Assembly: GCA_965279525.1 (NCBI GenBank)
Contig: CBDIIB010000002.1
Span: forward strand, 64,001-128,000
Source of the DNA: Tagaea sp.
GTDB taxonomy: Bacteria > Pseudomonadota > Alphaproteobacteria > CACIAM-22H2
Direction: 5' to 3'
Length of the DNA stretch: 64,000 nucleotides
The translations under genes and the position numbers were made by a program. Below the pieces are notes generated by a model, which was given only the letters and a program-made list of their open reading frames with translations, was not told where the DNA came from and ran no database searches. Positions 32,554 through 42,389 of this stretch are shown here, piece after piece (position 1 is the stretch's first letter; the number at the start of each line of letters is the position of its first letter).

Positions 32554-34290
32554 TCATGGCGCGTTCCCGATCCGGTTCAGGTCGATCTCGGCGAGCGACT
32601 GTGTTCGCTCGCGGTCGATGCGCGCGGCGATCGCCTCGGCGGTGCCGCCGGCGATCTCGAGCGTGCGTGCCGCGATCTGCAGGCTGGCTTCCAGCGTCTC
32701 GGGAATCGCCGACGCGGCCCCGGCCGCGCGCAGGCGTCCGGCGTGGACGGCATCGCGCGCGCGGGCAAGCACGGGCAGGTCCGGCCAGTCGCGCCTTGCG
32801 GCGGCGATCGCGCGTTCGGCGGCGGCCGGGGAATCGAGCGTGACGACAAGGGCGAGCGCTTCGCCGGCACCGAGCCTGGCGAGGGCTTCGGCATTGATCG
32901 CGTCGCCGAAATGGACGGGCATTCCTTCGGCGCGCGCGCGTGTGACCGCCTGCGCGTCGGCGTCGAGTGCCACGTACGGCACGTTCTCGGCGTCGAGGAT
33001 GCTGGCAAGCTGCCGGCCAACGCGTCCGAAGCCCAGGATCACGACGTGGCGTTCGCGCGGGCCGCCGCCGTCCGCACCCGGCGCTTCGGCCGGTGCCCTT
33101 GCCGCGATCCGGCCGCCCAGGCGGGCGAGAAGCGGGACCGCGAGCATGGACAACCCGACGACCAGCAGCATGAACTGCGCGGTCGCACCGGGCAGCAGGC
33201 CGGCGGCAAGCGCCATGCCGACGACGAGGAACGCGAACTCGCCGCCATGGCCGAGCAGGAGCCCCATCTGCGCGGCGGCGTGCGAGGTGAATCCGAAGCC
33301 GCGCGCCAGGGCGAAGACGATGGTGCCCTTGACCGCCAGCAGGCCGGCTGCCGACGCGAGGATCCAGGCCGCATTGCCGGCGATGGCGCCGGCATCGATG
33401 TCGAGGCCGACGGACAGGAAGAACAGCGCCAGCAGCAGTCCCTTGAATGGTTCGAGCAGGATCTCGATCTCGTGCCGGTACTCGCTTTCGGCGAGCATGG
33501 CGCCGGCAAGAAAGGCTCCCAGCGCCATCGACAGACCAGCCGCCCCCGTCACCGCCGCCGTGCCGACGACGACGAGCAGGCACACGCCCATGAACAGCTC
33601 CGGGCGCCGTGCGATGGCCGCTTCGCGCAGTAGCGGGCGCATCGCATAGCGCCCGGCCACGAGGATCGCCGCGACCGCGGCTGCCGCCTTCAGGAAGGCG
33701 ATGGCGAGTGCGCCACCCGTATCCGATCCGTCGTCTGTGGCGATGCCGAGCGCGAACAGGATCGGCACGACCGCGAGGTCCTGGAACAGCAGGACCGCGA
33801 ACGCGCCGCGCCCCATGCGCGTCCCGGTCTCCCGCCGTTCGGCCAGGACCTGAAGCACGATGGCGGTCGAGGACAGGCTGAGGCACGCCCCCAGTAGCAG
33901 GGCCGCCGGGGCCGGGTTCCCGAACGCGTATGCGAACGCGCCGATGGCAGCCGTGGAGATCGCCACCTGCGCGGCACCCAGCCCGAAGACCAGACGGCGC
34001 AGCGCCATCAGGCGTTCGGGCGACAGTTCGAGGCCGATCATGAAAAGGAGAAAGACGACACCCAGTTCGGCAAGTGCGGAGACCGCCGCGGTGTCGCCGA
34101 CCACGAGCCAGCCCAGCGCCGAGCCGGGCGGTGCGATCTGCGCCAGCCCGTGCGGCCCCAGCGCCATGCCGGCCAGCAGGTAGCCGAGGATCGGACTGAA
34201 GCGCAGGCGCGCGGCGACCGGCTGCACGACCGCGACGACGCCCAGAAAAACGAGCGCCGGCTGCACCCAGTCAGAGGTTCCTTCGACCAT
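32554..34290 (-). CDS. CPA2 cation:proton antiporter with TrkA-N domain (KefB/KefC-like)
   Basis: GVVFLLFMIGLEL, LSSTAIV, LLFQDLAV, GAFLAG, EPFKGLLL, GGEFAF, GFGRVG. Confidence 0.9.
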   Translation of the reverse strand: MVEGTSDWVQPALVFLGVVAVVQPVAARLRFSPILGYLLAGMALGPHGLAQIAPPGSALGWLVVGDTAAVSALAELGVVFLLFMIGLELSPERLMALRRLVFGLGAAQVAISTAAIGAFAYAFGNPAPAALLLGACLSLSSTAIVLQVLAERRETGTRMGRGAFAVLLFQDLAVVPILFALGIATDDGSDTGGALAIAFLKAAAAVAAILVAGRYAMRPLLREAAIARRPELFMGVCLLVVVGTAAVTGAAGLSMALGAFLAGAMLAESEYRHEIEILLEPFKGLLLALFFLSVGLDIDAGAIAGNAAWILASAAGLLAVKGTIVFALARGFGFTSHAAAQMGLLLGHGGEFAFLVVGMALAAGLLPGATAQFMLLVVGLSMLAVPLLARLGGRIAARAPAEAPGADGGGPRERHVVILGFGRVGRQLASILDAENVPYVALDADAQAVTRARAEGMPVHFGDAINAEALARLGAGEALALVVTLDSPAAAERAIAAARRDWPDLPVLARARDAVHAGRLRAAGAASAIPETLEASLQIAARTLEIAGGTAEAIAARIDRERTQSLAEIDLNRIGNAP

Positions 34291-34405
34291 CCCGAATCTA
34301 GCCCTTTCCCTCTGGAATCACTGTGCGTTCGGGCTGCCCGAAACGCAATCTCCGTCGCCGGCCTTGAGGCTGGCGGCGGGGCCGGCGAACGGCTATATAC
34401 GGGGC

Positions 34406-34501
34406 GGGAGGTTGGCGGCGGACGAGCGCCTCGCCAACCCGGTCAGGTCCGGAAGGAAGCAGCCGTAACGAGTCTCCGCCCGGGTCGACGTCCAGCCTCC
34501 C
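34406..34501 (+). ncRNA. ffs: Signal recognition particle 4.5S RNA
   Basis: Conserved domain IV GGTCAGGTCCGGAAGGAAGCAGCC, closing helix GGGAGGTTGG / CCAGCCTCCC, canonical position before dnaX. Confidence 0.95.
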
Positions 34502-34535
34502 ACCCTTTTCCCGTCCCTTCCGACCAAGCGTGCGA

Positions 34536-36314
34536 ATGGCCGATTCCGAGACCGTCCCCTACCAGGTCCTGGCTCGGAAATACCGGCCCGCGCGCCTGTC
34601 CGACCTTGTCGGACAGGAAGCCCTGGTCCGCACGCTCGCCAGCGCCATCGAGACCGGCCGCATCGCGCACGCGTTCATGCTGACCGGCGTGCGCGGCGTC
34701 GGCAAGACGACGACCGCGCGCATCGTGGCCCGCGCGCTCAACTGCATCGGTACGGATGGCAAGGGCGGCCCGACGATCGACCCGTGCGGCGTGTGCGAGC
34801 ATTGCGTGGCCATCGCCGAGGACAAGCATCTCGACGTGATCGAGATCGACGCCGCCTCCAACAACGGCGTCGACGACGTGCGCGAACTGATCGAGGCGGT
34901 GCGCTACCGCCCGGTCTCGGCGCGCTACAAGATCTACATCGTGGACGAAGTCCACATGCTGACCAAGAACGCGTGGAACGCGCTGCTGAAGACGCTGGAA
35001 GAGCCGCCCGCGCACGCCAAGTTCCTGTTCGCGACGACCGAGATCCGCAAGGTGCCGGTCACGGTGCTGTCGCGCTGCCAGCGCTTCGACCTGCGCCGTT
35101 TCGACCAGCCCACGCTCGCCCGCCATCTTGCCGGCATCGCGGTCAAGGAGAAGCGCAGCATCTCGGCCAGCGCCGCCGCCCTGCTGGCGCGCGCGGCCGA
35201 TGGCTCCGCGCGCGACGGCCTGTCGCTGCTCGACCGCGCGCTTGCGGCCGTCGAAGGCGAGGTCGACGAAGCGCAGGTGCAGGCCCTGCTCGGTCTCGTC
35301 GACCGCGCGCAGGTCTTCGACCTGTTCGAGGAAATACTGAAGGGCGACGCGGCCGCCGCACTCGCGCGCGTGGCCGAGCTTTACGCGAATGGGGCCGAGC
35401 CCAAGGTCGTCGTCGAGGACCTGCTCGAGGTCACCAACCTGCTCACGCGCCTGAAAGTGGCTCCGACGCTGATCGACGAGGCGGGCCTGCCGGAAACCGA
35501 GCGCGTGCGCGGACGCGCGATGGCCGAGAAACTCGCCATCCCCGTGCTCGCGCGTACCTGGCAGATCCTGCTGAAGGGTCTGGGCGAGGTGCAGCACGCC
35601 CCGCAGCCGCTCGCCGCCCTTGAAATGCTGATCGTGCGGCTTGCGTATGCTGCGAACCTGCCGGCCCCCGGCGATCTGGTCGAGAAGCTGACGCGTGCCG
35701 AAGGCCCGGGGACAGGCGCGCCGCGTGGCGGCAATGGCGGCGGGGGTGGACCTCGCGCCATCGCCGGCGGTCTTGCGGCAACGGCGATGGCGCCATCGCC
35801 GGTCGCGGCCGTGGCCCAGGCCGGCCCGGTGCCGCAGAGCTATGCCGAACTGGTCGCCCTCGTGCAGGAAAAGCGCGAAGGGCTGCTCTACGGCCAGCTC
35901 TACAGTTCCGCGCGTCTGGTCGCCTACGAGCCGGGCCGCATCGAGATCGCCTATCCCAACGCACCCAAGAACCTGACGCTGCCCACCGAGCTTGCCGAGA
36001 AGCTGCGCGCCTGGACCGGGCGCGTGTGGCTGATCACGCTCAGCAGCGACAAGCCGGGCGCCCCGACGCTTGCCGAACAGGCGCTGGAAACGCGCGAAGC
36101 GCGCAAGCGGGCCGCCGCCGAACATCCGCTCGTCGCCGCCGTGCTGTCCGCCTTCCCGGGTGCGACGATCGAGGCTGTGCGCGGCGCCGACCAGCCGGCC
36201 GTCGCCGGCCCCGAATTCGTGTCGCCGCCGGTCGAAGCAGGCGACGATGCGGCGGGCGACGGCGAGGACACCTGGATCGTTCCCGACAGTTTCGAACCGG
36301 AGTACGAGGCATGA
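34536..36314 (+). CDS. dnaX: DNA polymerase III subunit gamma/tau
   Basis: YQVLARKYRP, GVRGVGKTT, IEIDAASN, IVDEVHML, LLKTLEEPP, SRCQRF, GSARD. Confidence 0.97.
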   Translation: MADSETVPYQVLARKYRPARLSDLVGQEALVRTLASAIETGRIAHAFMLTGVRGVGKTTTARIVARALNCIGTDGKGGPTIDPCGVCEHCVAIAEDKHLDVIEIDAASNNGVDDVRELIEAVRYRPVSARYKIYIVDEVHMLTKNAWNALLKTLEEPPAHAKFLFATTEIRKVPVTVLSRCQRFDLRRFDQPTLARHLAGIAVKEKRSISASAAALLARAADGSARDGLSLLDRALAAVEGEVDEAQVQALLGLVDRAQVFDLFEEILKGDAAAALARVAELYANGAEPKVVVEDLLEVTNLLTRLKVAPTLIDEAGLPETERVRGRAMAEKLAIPVLARTWQILLKGLGEVQHAPQPLAALEMLIVRLAYAANLPAPGDLVEKLTRAEGPGTGAPRGGNGGGGGPRAIAGGLAATAMAPSPVAAVAQAGPVPQSYAELVALVQEKREGLLYGQLYSSARLVAYEPGRIEIAYPNAPKNLTLPTELAEKLRAWTGRVWLITLSSDKPGAPTLAEQALETREARKRAAAEHPLVAAVLSAFPGATIEAVRGADQPAVAGPEFVSPPVEAGDDAAGDGEDTWIVPDSFEPEYEA

Positions 36315-36634
36315 AGAATCTCGGCGCGCTGATGAAGCAGGCGCAGCAGATGCAGTCCAAGATGGCCGAGATGCAGGAAAAGCTCGCGGCCATGGAAGTG
36401 ACCGGGCGCGCGGGCGGCGGTATGGTCGAGACGACGATGTCGGGCAAGGGCGAGGTCAAGCGCATCAAGATCGACAAGACGCTCGTCAGTCCCGACGAAG
36501 TCGAGGTGCTGGAGGACCTGCTGGTCGCGGCCTTGAACGACGCGCGCGCCAAGGTCGACGCGGAATCGGCCGAGCAGATGAAGGCGATGACCGGCGGGCT
36601 CAACCTGCCGCCGGGCATGAAGCTGCCGTTCTGA
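36311..36634 (+). CDS. ybaB: YbaB/EbfC nucleoid-associated protein
   Basis: [28 protein letters not shown]. Located between dnaX and recR. Confidence 0.95.
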   Translation: MKNLGALMKQAQQMQSKMAEMQEKLAAMEVTGRAGGGMVETTMSGKGEVKRIKIDKTLVSPDEVEVLEDLLVAALNDARAKVDAESAEQMKAMTGGLNLPPGMKLPF

Positions 36635-36638
36635 CGCG

Positions 36639-37232
36639 ATGAACGGTCCGGAAATCGAGCAGCTCGTCAAGCTGCTGGCGAAACTGCCGGGGCTGGGGCC
36701 GCGCTCGGCGCGGCGTGCCGCCCTGCAGCTCCTGAAAAAGAAGGACCAGCTGCTGCGCCCGCTCGCCGAGGCGTTGACCAACGCGGCCGAGAACGTCGTG
36801 TCGTGCCATGTGTGCGGCAATCTCGACACGACCGACCCGTGCGCGGTGTGCGCCGACACAAGGCGCGACCACGGTCTCGTGTGCGTGGTCGAGGAGGTCG
36901 CCGACCTGTGGGCGATCGAACGCACCGCCGGCTTCAAGGGCGTCTATCATGTCGTCGGCGGCACGCTGTCGGCCCTCGACGGGCGCGGGCCCCAGGACCT
37001 CAACTTCGCAAGCCTCGTCCAACGCTGTGCGGGCAACCAGGTGCGCGAAGTGGTGCTCGCACTCAACGCCACGGTCGAGGGCCAGACGACCTCGCATTAC
37101 ATCGCCGACCGGCTCAAGGAATCGCCCGTCCAGGTCACGCGGCTCGCGCACGGCGTGCCGGTGGGCGGCGAACTCGATTATCTCGACGACGGCACGCTGG
37201 TCGCGGCCCTCAAGGCCCGCCGCGCGGTCTAG
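36639..37232 (+). CDS. recR: Recombination mediator RecR
   Basis: [17 protein letters not shown]...[32 protein letters not shown]. Confidence 0.97.
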   Translation: MNGPEIEQLVKLLAKLPGLGPRSARRAALQLLKKKDQLLRPLAEALTNAAENVVSCHVCGNLDTTDPCAVCADTRRDHGLVCVVEEVADLWAIERTAGFKGVYHVVGGTLSALDGRGPQDLNFASLVQRCAGNQVREVVLALNATVEGQTTSHYIADRLKESPVQVTRLAHGVPVGGELDYLDDGTLVAALKARRAV

Positions 37233-37264
37233 CGGCGACTCGGGGCTTCGGAGTAGCTTCGGAC

Positions 37265-38644
37265 ATGGACATTCTTCTCCCCTTGGTTGCCGGACTCCTG
37301 CTCGGGGCCGCCGCCATCTTCTTCCTGCGCCGCGGTCCCGCCGATGCCGGTGCGGCCGAGGCGATCTACAAGGAAAAGCTCGTCGCCGCGTCCGCCGTCG
37401 AGGCCGACCTGCGCCAGCGCCTCGATGCCGCCACGCGGGCCCTCGGCTCGGCCGAAGGGGAACTCAAGCGCCTGTCGCCGCTGGTCGACGACCTCGCGCG
37501 CGTGCAGGGCGATTTCTCCGCTATGCGGGCCGAAAACGCGCGTCTGGCAGCCGAGCTCGAGGCCGAACGCGCGCAGTCGGCCGACAAGCTCAAGCTGCTG
37601 ACCGAGGCGCGCGCCCAGCTCTCCGACCATTTCAAGGCGCTGACGGCCGATGCACTTGCCGCTGAGCGCGAGCGTCTGAAGGAAGAGCAGACGATCCGCG
37701 AGACCGCGATCAAGGGCCTTGTCTCGCCGTTGACCGAGACGCTGGCGAAGTTCGACAAGCGCGTCGAGGAGATGGGCAAGGACCGCGCGGAGAAGGACGG
37801 CGCGTTCGTCAAGCAGATCGGCGACCTGGGCCGCGAGACGCGTGCCCTCGTCCACGCGCTGAAGACGCCGCATGTGAAGGGTCGCTGGGGCGAGCGCACG
37901 CTGCGCCGCACGGTCGAGCTCGCCGGCATGGTCGAGTACTGCGATTTCGTCGAGCAGGCGACGGCCGAAGGCGAGAAGCGCCTGCGCCCCGATCTCGTCG
38001 TGCGCATGCCGGCCGGCCGCGTCGTCGTGGTCGACGCGAAAGCACCCACGCTCGCGTTTCTCGCGGCCGTCGAAGCCGGCGACGAGGAAAGCCGCCTGCG
38101 CCATCTCGCCGACCATGCGCGCCAGGTGCGCGAGCATTTCCAGCGTCTGTCGCAGAAGGCCTACTGGGAGCAGTTCTCCGACGCGCCCGAGTTCGTCGTG
38201 ATGTTCGTGCCGGGCGAGTCGTTCTTCTCGGCGGCCGTGCAGGCTGATTCGAGCCTGCTCGACGATGCTGCCAACGACCGCGTGCTGATCGCCACGCCGA
38301 CGACGCTGGTGTCGCTGCTGTGGGCGGTCGAGCGCGGCTGGCGGCAGGAGAAGCTTGCCGAGAACGCGCGCGCGATTTCCGATCAGGGGCGCGAGCTTTT
38401 CAAGCGCATGACCGACATGGCCGGGCACTTCGCCAATGTCGGCGACGGGCTCAAGAAGGCGGTCGATTCCTACAACCGTTCGGTCGGCTCGCTCGAATCG
38501 CGCGTCTTCCCGGCGGCGCGCAAGCTCAAGGAGCTGGGAGCGGGTCCCGAGGACGCGGAGTTCCGCGAGATACCGACGGTCGAGAGTGCCGTGAAGCCGA
38601 TCACCAAGCCCGAGCTGCTCGGGCCCGGCGACATCAAGCACTGA
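37265..38644 (+). CDS. rmuC: DNA recombination protein RmuC
   Basis: N-terminal TM segment and coiled coil, KGRWGE, RPDLVV, VDAKAP, FVVMFVPGE, ATPTTL. Confidence 0.93.
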   Translation: MDILLPLVAGLLLGAAAIFFLRRGPADAGAAEAIYKEKLVAASAVEADLRQRLDAATRALGSAEGELKRLSPLVDDLARVQGDFSAMRAENARLAAELEAERAQSADKLKLLTEARAQLSDHFKALTADALAAERERLKEEQTIRETAIKGLVSPLTETLAKFDKRVEEMGKDRAEKDGAFVKQIGDLGRETRALVHALKTPHVKGRWGERTLRRTVELAGMVEYCDFVEQATAEGEKRLRPDLVVRMPAGRVVVVDAKAPTLAFLAAVEAGDEESRLRHLADHARQVREHFQRLSQKAYWEQFSDAPEFVVMFVPGESFFSAAVQADSSLLDDAANDRVLIATPTTLVSLLWAVERGWRQEKLAENARAISDQGRELFKRMTDMAGHFANVGDGLKKAVDSYNRSVGSLESRVFPAARKLKELGAGPEDAEFREIPTVESAVKPITKPELLGPGDIKH

Positions 38645-38653
38645 GCGCCGCGC

Positions 38654-39238
38654 TCAGGAATCCTGCCAGCGGATCTCGAGGATGTTCCGGCGTCCGAAAT
38701 GGGCCGCCCGGCCGTGCCACGCGTTCGGGCGGCAGCGGAAGGCCGCGAGCGTGCCGGCGACCGGCAGGATTTCGGCGACGAAATCGTCGAGGGAGTCCGG
38801 CCCGCGCGTGAACCGCACGCAGGAGTCGCTGTCGGACTCGGTGCCCGACGAGACGTTCGGATAGAAGAGGACCTTCGCGATGTTCGGCGGTGCCTCGACA
38901 TGGATCGGACCGGGACCCCGGCAGCGGTCGTAGAGCTTGATGACCCGCCTTTTGCCAGCCAGATCGACCCCGAGCTTGGTCGCGACCGCATCCCGGAACT
39001 CCTCGGACTCGAAAGATTCGAGGACGGTGCGCATCACCTGGTTGAGCGGTATGGACTCGACGGGGACTCCGCCGGACCTGCCGAGGTCCGGCCAGTTGCT
39101 CGCGATCCATTCGACGGTCCTGCCAGGCGCGAACTTCGGAACGATGACGAACTCGAACGGCTCGCGGACGAGCGGCGCAAAGCCGATCGCCTGCATATCA
39201 AGTGGTATCAGAGACTGTTTCGTCTGGACTTCTTCCAT
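38654..39238 (-). CDS. Diverged 2OG-Fe(II) oxygenase paralogue (HxE)
   Basis: Colinear with the adjacent oxygenase: REPF, DRCR, IHVE, VLFY, RGP, FRC..NAWHG. Confidence 0.72.
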   Translation of the reverse strand: MEEVQTKQSLIPLDMQAIGFAPLVREPFEFVIVPKFAPGRTVEWIASNWPDLGRSGGVPVESIPLNQVMRTVLESFESEEFRDAVATKLGVDLAGKRRVIKLYDRCRGPGPIHVEAPPNIAKVLFYPNVSSGTESDSDSCVRFTRGPDSLDDFVAEILPVAGTLAAFRCRPNAWHGRAAHFGRRNILEIRWQDS

Positions 39239-39315
39239 GCGCGCGAAATAGCACGCGCAAGATTTCTCTTCAATGACGAGTACAACTATACAATAGTATT
39301 ATAGAATACGATCGT

Positions 39316-39966
39316 TCAGCCGAATGGATTGAGCTTCTTCAGGAACGCCGACACTTTGTGCCGACCTTCTTCGCGCTGCTTCGTGGCCTCGTCGACCATC
39401 CAGTTCAACTGCAGCACGTGGCGCGGGCCTTCATACGAATGGTGTCCGTGCCAGGCGTTGCGCGTGCAGCGGAACATCAGCATCGTGCCGTCGACCGGCG
39501 GGATCTCGGTAATGTAGTCCTCGAGATTGCCGGGTCCGCGCAGGATGCGCAGCTTGCCGCCGTCGTCCTGCCAGCCGCCGGTGCGCTTGTTGAGGTAGAA
39601 AAGCACCGTGACGACTTTGGTGACGGAATCGGTGTGGATCTGCCCGTCACGCGCGCGGCAGCGGTCGCGGAACGTGATCATCGTCGGGCGGCCGGAAAGA
39701 TCGATCTCGAGCTTCGCCTCGACCGCCTTGCGGAACTCGGCACCCTCGAGCGTCTCGACGAGCGCGCGCGTCGCAGGCCCGAGCTTCACCGACGAAACCG
39801 GAAAGGCACCGGGCTTGCCGATCTGCGGCCAGTCGCGGTCGATCCGGTCGACCGTGCCGGCCGGGACGAAATGCGGCACGACGGCGTAGGGGAACGGCTC
39901 GCGCGCGAGCGGTGTGCGCGCAAGGGCGGCATAGTCGAACGGGAGCGTGGCGATCGTGTCGGTCAT
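39316..39966 (-). CDS. 2OG-Fe(II) oxygenase superfamily protein
   Basis: IHTDS (HxD), VLFYLN, GGKL, AWHGH, R in GPRHVLQLNW. Confidence 0.87.
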   Translation of the reverse strand: MTDTIATLPFDYAALARTPLAREPFPYAVVPHFVPAGTVDRIDRDWPQIGKPGAFPVSSVKLGPATRALVETLEGAEFRKAVEAKLEIDLSGRPTMITFRDRCRARDGQIHTDSVTKVVTVLFYLNKRTGGWQDDGGKLRILRGPGNLEDYITEIPPVDGTMLMFRCTRNAWHGHHSYEGPRHVLQLNWMVDEATKQREEGRHKVSAFLKKLNPFG

Positions 39967-39998
39967 GGCGGATTTCCGATTAGCAGGCCCGGCCCCGG

Positions 39999-40835
39999 TC
40001 AGTCGAGCCTGAAGCCGATCTTCCGGACATATGCGCCGAAGTCGGCCCGTTCGGGCGTGGCGTATTGTCGCGCCTTCTCCTCCGACCAGCCATAGGAAGG
40101 TGCCGTGCCGAAGCGCGCCGAATCGCGCTGCTTGGCGAAGGGCCGCGTACGGTTGCGCCGTTCGTCGTAGGCGGCGATGGCGGCGTCCAGATCGCCCTCG
40201 TCGTAGCGGTTCTCGTGCACGCGCAAGGCCGTGGGCAGACGCGGCGAAATGCCGCCGGGATGCGCGGGCCAGCCCACGCACAGGCCGGCCACCGGAAACA
40301 CCCGGTCCGGCAGGCCGAGCAGGGCCGACACGTCGGCGGCCCGGTTGCGGATCGCGGAGATCGGGCAGGTGCCAAGCCCCGCCGCCTCCGCCGCGGTCAC
40401 GAACGCCGACAGTGCGATGCCTGCATCGACCGCGGCGTTGAAGAACGCGTCGAGATGGTCGTTGGCGAATTCGTGGCCGCGCAGTTCGTGCACGCGCATC
40501 TGCCGGCGGTTGTTGGCGCAGAAGACGAGGAAGACGGGGGCCGCCTTCACCCAAGGATTCTCGCCGCACCATTCGTCGATCTTCGCGCGCACGCCCGCGT
40601 CCGAAACGACCACGATGTCGGCCTGCTGCAGGTCACTCTTGGTCGGGGCGGAGAGGGCGACCGCACAAAGCGTGCGGACGAGTTCGCGCGGCACGTCGCG
40701 CGGCGCATAGGCGCGCATCGTGCGGTGGTCGGCCATGCGGGCGAGCGTGTCGAGCCCGGCGGTGTCGGGTGCTTCGAACGTCTCGCCGAAGCGTTCGGCG
40801 AGGGCGGCGGCGAGTCTGGCTTTCGGATCGGTCAT
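39999..40835 (-). CDS. NfsA/Frp-family nitroreductase (NADPH-flavin reductase)
   Basis: HRTMRAY, SAPTKSDLQ, APVFLVFCA, VDAGIA, AEAAGLGTCPISAIRN, PRLP, VHENRY. Confidence 0.9.
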   Translation of the reverse strand: MTDPKARLAAALAERFGETFEAPDTAGLDTLARMADHRTMRAYAPRDVPRELVRTLCAVALSAPTKSDLQQADIVVVSDAGVRAKIDEWCGENPWVKAAPVFLVFCANNRRQMRVHELRGHEFANDHLDAFFNAAVDAGIALSAFVTAAEAAGLGTCPISAIRNRAADVSALLGLPDRVFPVAGLCVGWPAHPGGISPRLPTALRVHENRYDEGDLDAAIAAYDERRNRTRPFAKQRDSARFGTAPSYGWSEEKARQYATPERADFGAYVRKIGFRLD

Positions 40836-40871
40836 GGAACGAGAATAGCATCGATTTTCGAAATCCAGATA

Positions 40872-40887
40872 TCTGATCTTAATCAGA
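40872..40887. promoter_or_regulatory. Palindrome with Crp/Fnr-type geometry in an AT-rich divergent promoter region
   Basis: TCTGAT-CTTA-ATCAGA. Confidence 0.45.
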
Positions 40888-40970
40888 AGCTTAAGACGGT
40901 TTTTCTGGTTTTGTTGCAAATAGGTGTGCGGCAGGTTTCACTCGCCCCGCCGCCGAAAAGGACCCCGCCG

Positions 40971-42389
40971 ATGACCGTCGATTCGCTGCTCAACGTGCCC
41001 TTGCGTGTCGTCAATCTGGGGCTCGAGAGTTTCGCGCGCGACCTGCAGGCGGCCGGCGTGCCGGTCGTCGACATCGACTGGCAGCCGCCCGCGCGCGGCG
41101 ATGCCGCCCGGGCGAGCCTGCTCGCCAAACTCGACCGGCTGCCGGCGATCGAGACGGCCAATGCCGCTGCCCTCGAGAAATTCCTCAAGGCCGACCCGGT
41201 CCTGATCGACGTGCGCCCGGCGGGCGACGTGCTGAAGGGCCTTGGCGACCGGATGATCCTGCATGCCGGCCCGCCGATCGGGTGGGACCGCATGTGCGGG
41301 CCGCTGCGCGGCGCCATCCAGGGCGCCATCGTGCTCGAAGGCTGGGCACCGGATCTTGACGCCGCCGACAAGCTCGCCGCGTCGGGCGGCATCCGCTTCG
41401 AGCCCAACCACCATTTCGATGCCGTCGGCCCGATGACCGGCATGATCACGCGCTCGATGCCGGTGATGATCGTCGAGAACCGCGCTTTCGGGAACCGCGC
41501 CTACTGCACGCTCAACGAGGGGCTGGGCAAGGTCATGCGCTTCGGCGGCAACGATGCCGACGTGCTGAAGCGCCTGCGCTGGCTCGCGAGCGATCTCGCC
41601 CCGGCAATCGCGGCGGCGCTGAAACTGTCGGGTGGCCTCGCGCTCAAGAACGTCATCGCGCGCGGCCTCACGATGGGCGACGAGATGCACCAGCGCAACG
41701 TCGCGTGCACCAGCCTGTTCGTGCGCGCGATGGCGCCGTGGCTGGCGCGTGCCGTGCCGGACAGCGCGAAGCTCGCCGGCGTCTACGAGTTCATCGGTGG
41801 CAACGACCAGTTCTTCCTCAACGTCGCGATGGCGATGGGCAAGTCGATCGCCGATCCGGCCAAGGGCCTCGCGAACTCGACGATCGTCACGGCGATGTGC
41901 CGCAACGGCACCGATTTCGGCATCCGCGTGGCGGCCACGGGCGACCGCTGGTATGTCGCCCCGGTCGAACAGCCCACCGGTCTCTATTTCCCGGGCTACA
42001 CCGCGGCCGACGCCAACCCCGACATCGGCGACAGCGCCATCGTCGAGACCGTCGGCCTCGGCGGATTCGCGATGGCGGCCTCGCCGGCCGTGGCGGGTTT
42101 CGTGGGCGCAGGGTCGGCAGCCGACGCGCTCGACATCACGCGTGCGATGTACGACATCGCGGTCGGCCGCAACCCCGACTGGACGATCCCCGGCCTCGAT
42201 TTCGCCGGCGTGCCGGTCGGCATCGACGTGCGCAAGGTCGTCGAGACAGGGATCGCGCCCACGATCAATACCGGCATCGCGCACTGCAAGCCCGGCATCG
42301 GCCAGGTCGGGGCCGGCACCGTCAAGGCGCCCTTGCGCTGCTTCGAGGAAGCACTCGCCGCCATCGCCAAGTCGATGGGGGTGGCGTGA
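40971..42389 (+). CDS. DUF1116 protein (YlbE/AllG-YahG family, oxamate carbamoyltransferase-like subunit)
   Basis: ILHAGPPI, VGPMTG, NEGLGKVMRFG, MGDEMHQRN, NDQFFLN, RNGTDFG, DIGDSAIVET, INTGIAH, GQVGAG. Confidence 0.87.
   Translation: MTVDSLLNVPLRVVNLGLESFARDLQAAGVPVVDIDWQPPARGDAARASLLAKLDRLPAIETANAAALEKFLKADPVLIDVRPAGDVLKGLGDRMILHAGPPIGWDRMCGPLRGAIQGAIVLEGWAPDLDAADKLAASGGIRFEPNHHFDAVGPMTGMITRSMPVMIVENRAFGNRAYCTLNEGLGKVMRFGGNDADVLKRLRWLASDLAPAIAAALKLSGGLALKNVIARGLTMGDEMHQRNVACTSLFVRAMAPWLARAVPDSAKLAGVYEFIGGNDQFFLNVAMAMGKSIADPAKGLANSTIVTAMCRNGTDFGIRVAATGDRWYVAPVEQPTGLYFPGYTAADANPDIGDSAIVETVGLGGFAMAASPAVAGFVGAGSAADALDITRAMYDIAVGRNPDWTIPGLDFAGVPVGIDVRKVVETGIAPTINTGIAHCKPGIGQVGAGTVKAPLRCFEEALAAIAKSMGVA

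Noticed and set aside
34536-36314. Programmed frameshift in dnaX producing a gamma subunit
   Set aside because: I saw no A-AAA-AAG slippery site or long A run in the linker region.
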